From: Candidatus Saccharimonadota bacterium
Lineage (GTDB): Bacteria > Patescibacteriota > Patescibacteriia > 2-12-FULL-60-25
Assembly: GCA_016699205.1 (NCBI GenBank)
Contig: CP064964.1
Location: forward strand, 330,001 to 362,000
Direction of reading: 5' to 3'
Length of the DNA: 32,000 bases
In this document: in pieces, positions 28,892-32,000 of the stretch
How positions within the stretch are numbered: the first letter of the stretch is position 1
Layout: every line of letters starts with the position of its first letter
Translations under genes and position numbers: made by a program
The notes under the pieces: generated by a model
Seen by the model: the letters and a program-made list of their open reading frames with translations, nothing else
What the model was told of the DNA's origin: nothing
Database searches by the model: none

Positions 28892-28921
28892 TTAACAAAA
28901 CACGCCCGAGCGGGCGTGTGT
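28892..28921 (-). terminator. rho-independent terminator of prfA
   Basis: The minus strand reads ACACGCCCG-CTC-GGGCGTGT followed by TTTGTT, directly after the TAA stop. Confidence 0.7.
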
Positions 28922-29992
28922 TTATTCTTCCTCTTCCTCATTCCCCTTCTTACCGGATTTTACGGCCGCGATGAGCGGCTCGAGATCGCCATCAAGAATC
29001 TGCTCGATATTGTGCCAGGACTTTTTGATGCGGTGATCGGTAATGCGATCTTGCGGCGTGTTGTAGGTACGGATTTTTTCTGAGCGGTCGCCAGAACCGA
29101 TTTGATTACGGCGGTCAGCCTCGAGTGAAGCGCGCTTTTTTTCTTCTTGTGCTTCCCAGATACGTGCGCGGAGAACGGTCATGGCGCGTTCACGATTTTG
29201 CAGCTGCGAACGTTCATCCTGACAAGACACGACAACGCCGGTTGGAATGTGCGTGATGCGCACGGCAGATTTGGTCGTGTTAACCGATTGACCGCCTTTA
29301 CCTCCGGCACAGAAGGTGTCGATGCGGAGATCTTTTGTATCAATAACGACTTCCGTTTCTTCAATCTCTGGAAGCACGGCGACGGTCGCGGTTGAGGTGT
29401 GGATGCGGCCGGCTTTTTCCGTGACTGGAACGCGTTGGACGCGATGGACGCCGGATTCAAATTTAAGCGAGCCGTAAGCACCGGTTCCATCGATTGCCAT
29501 CACCGCTTCTTTGTAGCCGCCGCTTTCATTGGTCGACTCGGAAACAAGCGAGGTCTTCCAGCCGCGACGTTCTGCGTAGCGCAAATACATGCGGAGCAAA
29601 TCGCCCGCGAACAACGAGGCCTCGTCGCCGCCGGCACCAGCGCGGATTTCAATGATGACGTCGCTTGCATCATGCGGGTCTGGCGGAACCATCATTAATT
29701 CAAAACGCTCGAGCGAGGCGGCGAGCTCAGGCTCTAAACGGATAAGCTCGGAGGCTCCCATTTCTTTCATCTCCGCATCGTCCGAGGCTGCAGCTTCTTT
29801 TGCATCGCGGACAGCCTGGTCGAGATCGAGCAACTCCTTGGCGACCTCAGCTTTATCGCGCGCATGCGTGAAGGCGATGGAGGCGACCTTCAGTTTTTTT
29901 GGATCACCAAGAACTTCCGGTGTCGCGAGTGCGGCTTCGGCTTTAATAAGCTCTTCCATGGCCTGTTTGGCCTGTGTCAGAAGTTGTGACAT
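28922..29992 (-). CDS. prfA: peptide chain release factor 1
   Basis: 356 aa. It has the RF1-type tripeptide region [14 protein letters not shown] (PxT class, not the SPF of RF2) and the GGQ motif ([10 protein letters not shown]). The C-terminus is acidic (EEEEE). Confidence 0.93.
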   Translation of the reverse strand: MSQLLTQAKQAMEELIKAEAALATPEVLGDPKKLKVASIAFTHARDKAEVAKELLDLDQAVRDAKEAAASDDAEMKEMGASELIRLEPELAASLERFELMMVPPDPHDASDVIIEIRAGAGGDEASLFAGDLLRMYLRYAERRGWKTSLVSESTNESGGYKEAVMAIDGTGAYGSLKFESGVHRVQRVPVTEKAGRIHTSTATVAVLPEIEETEVVIDTKDLRIDTFCAGGKGGQSVNTTKSAVRITHIPTGVVVSCQDERSQLQNRERAMTVLRARIWEAQEEKKRASLEADRRNQIGSGDRSEKIRTYNTPQDRITDHRIKKSWHNIEQILDGDLEPLIAAVKSGKKGNEEEEE

Positions 29993-30058
29993 ATGAAAAA
30001 CCGGCTCAGCGTTCCGGCGTCATGATAACACCGATAACGAAAAAGCCGGTTTAACTAC

Positions 30059-30346
30059 CTAAGCCTTGCTCGCCTTTTTGGCAGCCTTGGTAGCGGCACG
30101 CTTGGCCGTCTTGATCTTCTTGGAACCGACGCCTGCGCGGTCTTCCTTGGCCTTGGCGAGGCGGGCGAACTTGTCGATACGGCCTGCGGTGTCGACGAGG
30201 TTCTGCTTGCCCGTGTAGAACGGGTGGCAAGCGGAACAAAGTTCTACGCTGATCTCAGGAACGGTAGAACCGACCGTGACAACATTGCCACAGACACACG
30301 AGATTTTTGCATCAGCGGTGTACGCTGGGTGGATTTCAGCCTTCAT
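30059..30346 (-). CDS. rpmE: 50S ribosomal protein L31 (Cys-containing form) with a Lys/Ala-rich C-terminal extension
   Basis: From ATG 30346: MKAEIHPAY...CVCGN...[24 protein letters not shown], then [32 protein letters not shown]. The listed start 30388 adds 14 non-conserved residues. Confidence 0.9.
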   Translation of the reverse strand: MKAEIHPAYTADAKISCVCGNVVTVGSTVPEISVELCSACHPFYTGKQNLVDTAGRIDKFARLAKAKEDRAGVGSKKIKTAKRAATKAAKKASKA

Positions 30347-30448
30347 AGGATTGAGCCGTAGGTTAGCAGAAACCTTGGTAAATGGCAAGAGTTTGACTCT
30401 GCAGCACTTTTTGGCTTAGATAAGCTGGTTCTTTTATCAGGAGGCTCA

Positions 30449-30886
30449 ATGACCAAAGAAGTGGAAGAGTCGACGTTCATCGAGTTCAGCCGGACGCTGA
30501 CCGACGCAAAGGCAGGGTTCACGATCGCCGTCTTCATCAAGCTGGGCGAGGATGGCGTGACCATCGGGCACGACTTTGGGACAAGCGACGGGATGACCAA
30601 TGCTACAGCTCAGGGGCAGATCAGTATCAAGAGTCTCAAGAATCTCCTCGAATTGTGCCGCGATACGAATACTGACGGAGTCGGTGTCGAGACCATGATG
30701 CGTGCGTACAACCAGGACACGCGCAGTATGGAGAGCGAGGTGGAGAGCCTCCAGATCTCGTTCGAAGAGCCGTTGAACTTCCGGCCGTTCCTCCTTCAAT
30801 TTCTACCGATCATCATCAAGGCGGCAGAACTGCTCGACAAGAGCGTTCTTCCCCAGGCGACAAATCCATCGATCGCCAAGTGCTGA
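30449..30886 (+). CDS. hypothetical protein
   Basis: 145 aa. The ATG lies 5 nt after AGGAGG, and the stop is followed by a strong hairpin terminator. The minus ORF 30446..30799 is the antisense shadow. No family recognised. Confidence 0.6.
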   Translation: MTKEVEESTFIEFSRTLTDAKAGFTIAVFIKLGEDGVTIGHDFGTSDGMTNATAQGQISIKSLKNLLELCRDTNTDGVGVETMMRAYNQDTRSMESEVESLQISFEEPLNFRPFLLQFLPIIIKAAELLDKSVLPQATNPSIAKC

Positions 30887-30888
30887 CT

Positions 30889-30925
30889 GAAAACGCCCCG
30901 CCGATTCTCGTGCGGGGCGTTTCTG
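30889..30925. terminator. bidirectional rho-independent terminator
   Basis: Stem acgccccgc/gcggggcgt (30893..30901 and 30912..30920). A T-run follows on the plus strand (tttctgtt) and on the minus strand (TTTTCAG). It lies between the convergent orphan gene and the GT2 gene. Confidence 0.75.
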
Positions 30926-32000
30926 TTAGATGACGAGGCGCTTAATCACGAACCAATAGACACGCATCAAGGGATTGCCGATGTAGTCGAGTACGGGATT
31001 GCGGACGGCTTCTTCTTGGAATCGGATATCTGCGACAGCGAGCCGGAGTAATTCACGATCGCCAATGGAACGCGTCGCGCGAATTACCTTGCGACGAGCC
31101 CTGATCCAGCGCCAGAATTTTGGATCAAACCATTCTCGAATTTGTTTCCATTTCATGTCAGACCAACCGTTTTTGATCGAGAACGCCGTGAGCGCGAGGT
31201 CCATAACGAATGCCATTGGAGCGATCAGAAGAAGGGTCCAGAATCGATAATAGGAAAGAACGATCGCCCAGCGATTACGCTCCATCCAGTAGTAATTGAT
31301 TTTGGCTTTTGCGAATTGATAGTGATGCCAGACAATAGAACGCGGCTCAAGCATGATTTTGTAGCCGCGTGATCGAAGACGCAGAGAAATATCCGTGTCC
31401 TCGTGATAGGAAAAGAATTTTTCGTCGAAGAGCGGCTCGCCGCTTAATGCGGAGATACGGACGAGCATGGCGGCACCGGAAGCGTAACCGATTTCTTCAC
31501 GTGTCACGCGGCACGCTTCACGCGTCATACGGTAATCATTCGAATATCCGAACCCAAGAAAATGGTAGGCGTTTCCTGATGAGTTAATTCGATCACGATC
31601 TTGTCCGAGCAGCATGAGCGATTGCACGATGCCGATTTTTTCATCCGACTGTATGCGTTCTACGGCTGTTTTCAAGAACTCGGGATCGACATCGGTATCT
31701 TCATTCAAAAGGTAGATGAATTCACAGCCAAGTTCACGAGCTTTCTCGAGGCCGAGATTATTGTTGCCGGAGAAACCGATTTCTTGATCTCGAAAAATAT
31801 AGGAAATGCGCGGGAGACTTGTTCCGGATTTTGGAAGCCATGTTTGATCAAACCAAGGTTTGATCGGTTCGCGGCTGCCTTTGGACTCGACACAAATAAG
31901 CTCTACGGATTCACGCGGATAATCGAGCTTCTCGAGCGAAGACAAGCATCGATCAATGTCCTCGCGGCCATTGCTCGTTGGAAATGTCAGATAGATAATG
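30926..32000 (-). CDS. family-2 glycosyltransferase with a C-terminal membrane region; the 5' end lies beyond the right edge
   Basis: The frame stays open above the listed TTG (31945) and reads IIYLTFPTSNGREDIDRCLSSLEKLDYP..., a typical GT2 N-terminus. It has the LLNEDTDVD (DxD-type) motif, ASGAAMLVR and HEDTDISLRL. The C-terminus has hydrophobic helices. Confidence 0.85.
   Translation of the reverse strand, partial: IIYLTFPTSNGREDIDRCLSSLEKLDYPRESVELICVESKGSREPIKPWFDQTWLPKSGTSLPRISYIFRDQEIGFSGNNNLGLEKARELGCEFIYLLNEDTDVDPEFLKTAVERIQSDEKIGIVQSLMLLGQDRDRINSSGNAYHFLGFGYSNDYRMTREACRVTREEIGYASGAAMLVRISALSGEPLFDEKFFSYHEDTDISLRLRSRGYKIMLEPRSIVWHHYQFAKAKINYYWMERNRWAIVLSYYRFWTLLLIAPMAFVMDLALTAFSIKNGWSDMKWKQIREWFDPKFWRWIRARRKVIRATRSIGDRELLRLAVADIRFQEEAVRNPVLDYIGNPLMRVYWFVIKRLVI

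Noticed and set aside
24600-28900. Discrete mobile element (integrative island or transposon) carrying the GC-rich insert
   Set aside because: I could find no integrase, transposase, tRNA attachment site or flanking direct or inverted repeats by eye. It is kept only as a compositional or acquired-cargo observation.
29993-30058. Possible terminator between rpmE and prfA (aaaccggc ... gccggttt)
   Set aside because: The stems are separated by ~37 nt with only weak internal pairing and no clean U-tract. The two genes are more likely co-transcribed.
1-32000. Alternative genetic code (UGA recoding, as in some candidate phyla)
   Set aside because: TGA ends well-supported genes directly before terminators (lipoprotein 1 at 25325, the orphan at 30884..30886). 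All housekeeping genes are full length under the standard code. Seeing only RF1 in this window says nothing about RF2.

Overview
This is a 32-kb stretch of bacterial chromosome, roughly 50-55% GC by eye. 24 of 28 coding regions are on the minus strand. It falls into three blocks. (i) 1-4.07 kb holds small housekeeping genes: an EVE-domain protein, miaA and miaB. (ii) 4.08-18.36 kb is a 14-kb cell-surface locus. Three head-to-tail ORFs (1036+330+1924 codons) read as one ~3,290-codon tail-fibre-like mega-protein. It carries a signal anchor, eight copies of a ~50-aa knob motif, many VGIGT shaft motifs and a seven-blade LVIVD propeller. These are followed by an S74-type intramolecular chaperone domain (SDQRLK), a lectin-like domain and a PEPAPE tail. 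Upstream lie a secreted 846-aa cohesin-like/Fn3-like protein, a 2-TM anchor protein that seems to carry the other half of the 846-aa protein's last Ig-like domain, and a 268-aa dockerin-like protein. (iii) 18.5-32 kb holds core genes: eno, a SIMPL-family gene, pgk, gap, tsf, rpsB, prfA, rpmE and a GT2 glycosyltransferase. This block is interrupted at 24.6-28.9 kb by a visibly GC-richer insert. The insert contains an orphan plus-strand gene, two tandem paralogous 6-Cys lipoproteins with their own TTGACA promoters, a charged 210-aa protein and a 2OG-Fe(II) oxygenase. The most notable points are the mosaic fibre locus, the foreign-looking lipoprotein insert, and at least five reading-frame breaks that fall inside recognisable domains or modules. 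One of those breaks is at the pgk 5' end, in an AAAATAAAA run. The gene style (short EF-Ts, giant repetitive surface proteins, dockerin-like modules) suggests an uncultivated small-genome bacterium of the Patescibacteria/CPR type, but that is inference only. I saw no rRNA, tRNA, CRISPR array, transposase or integrase.
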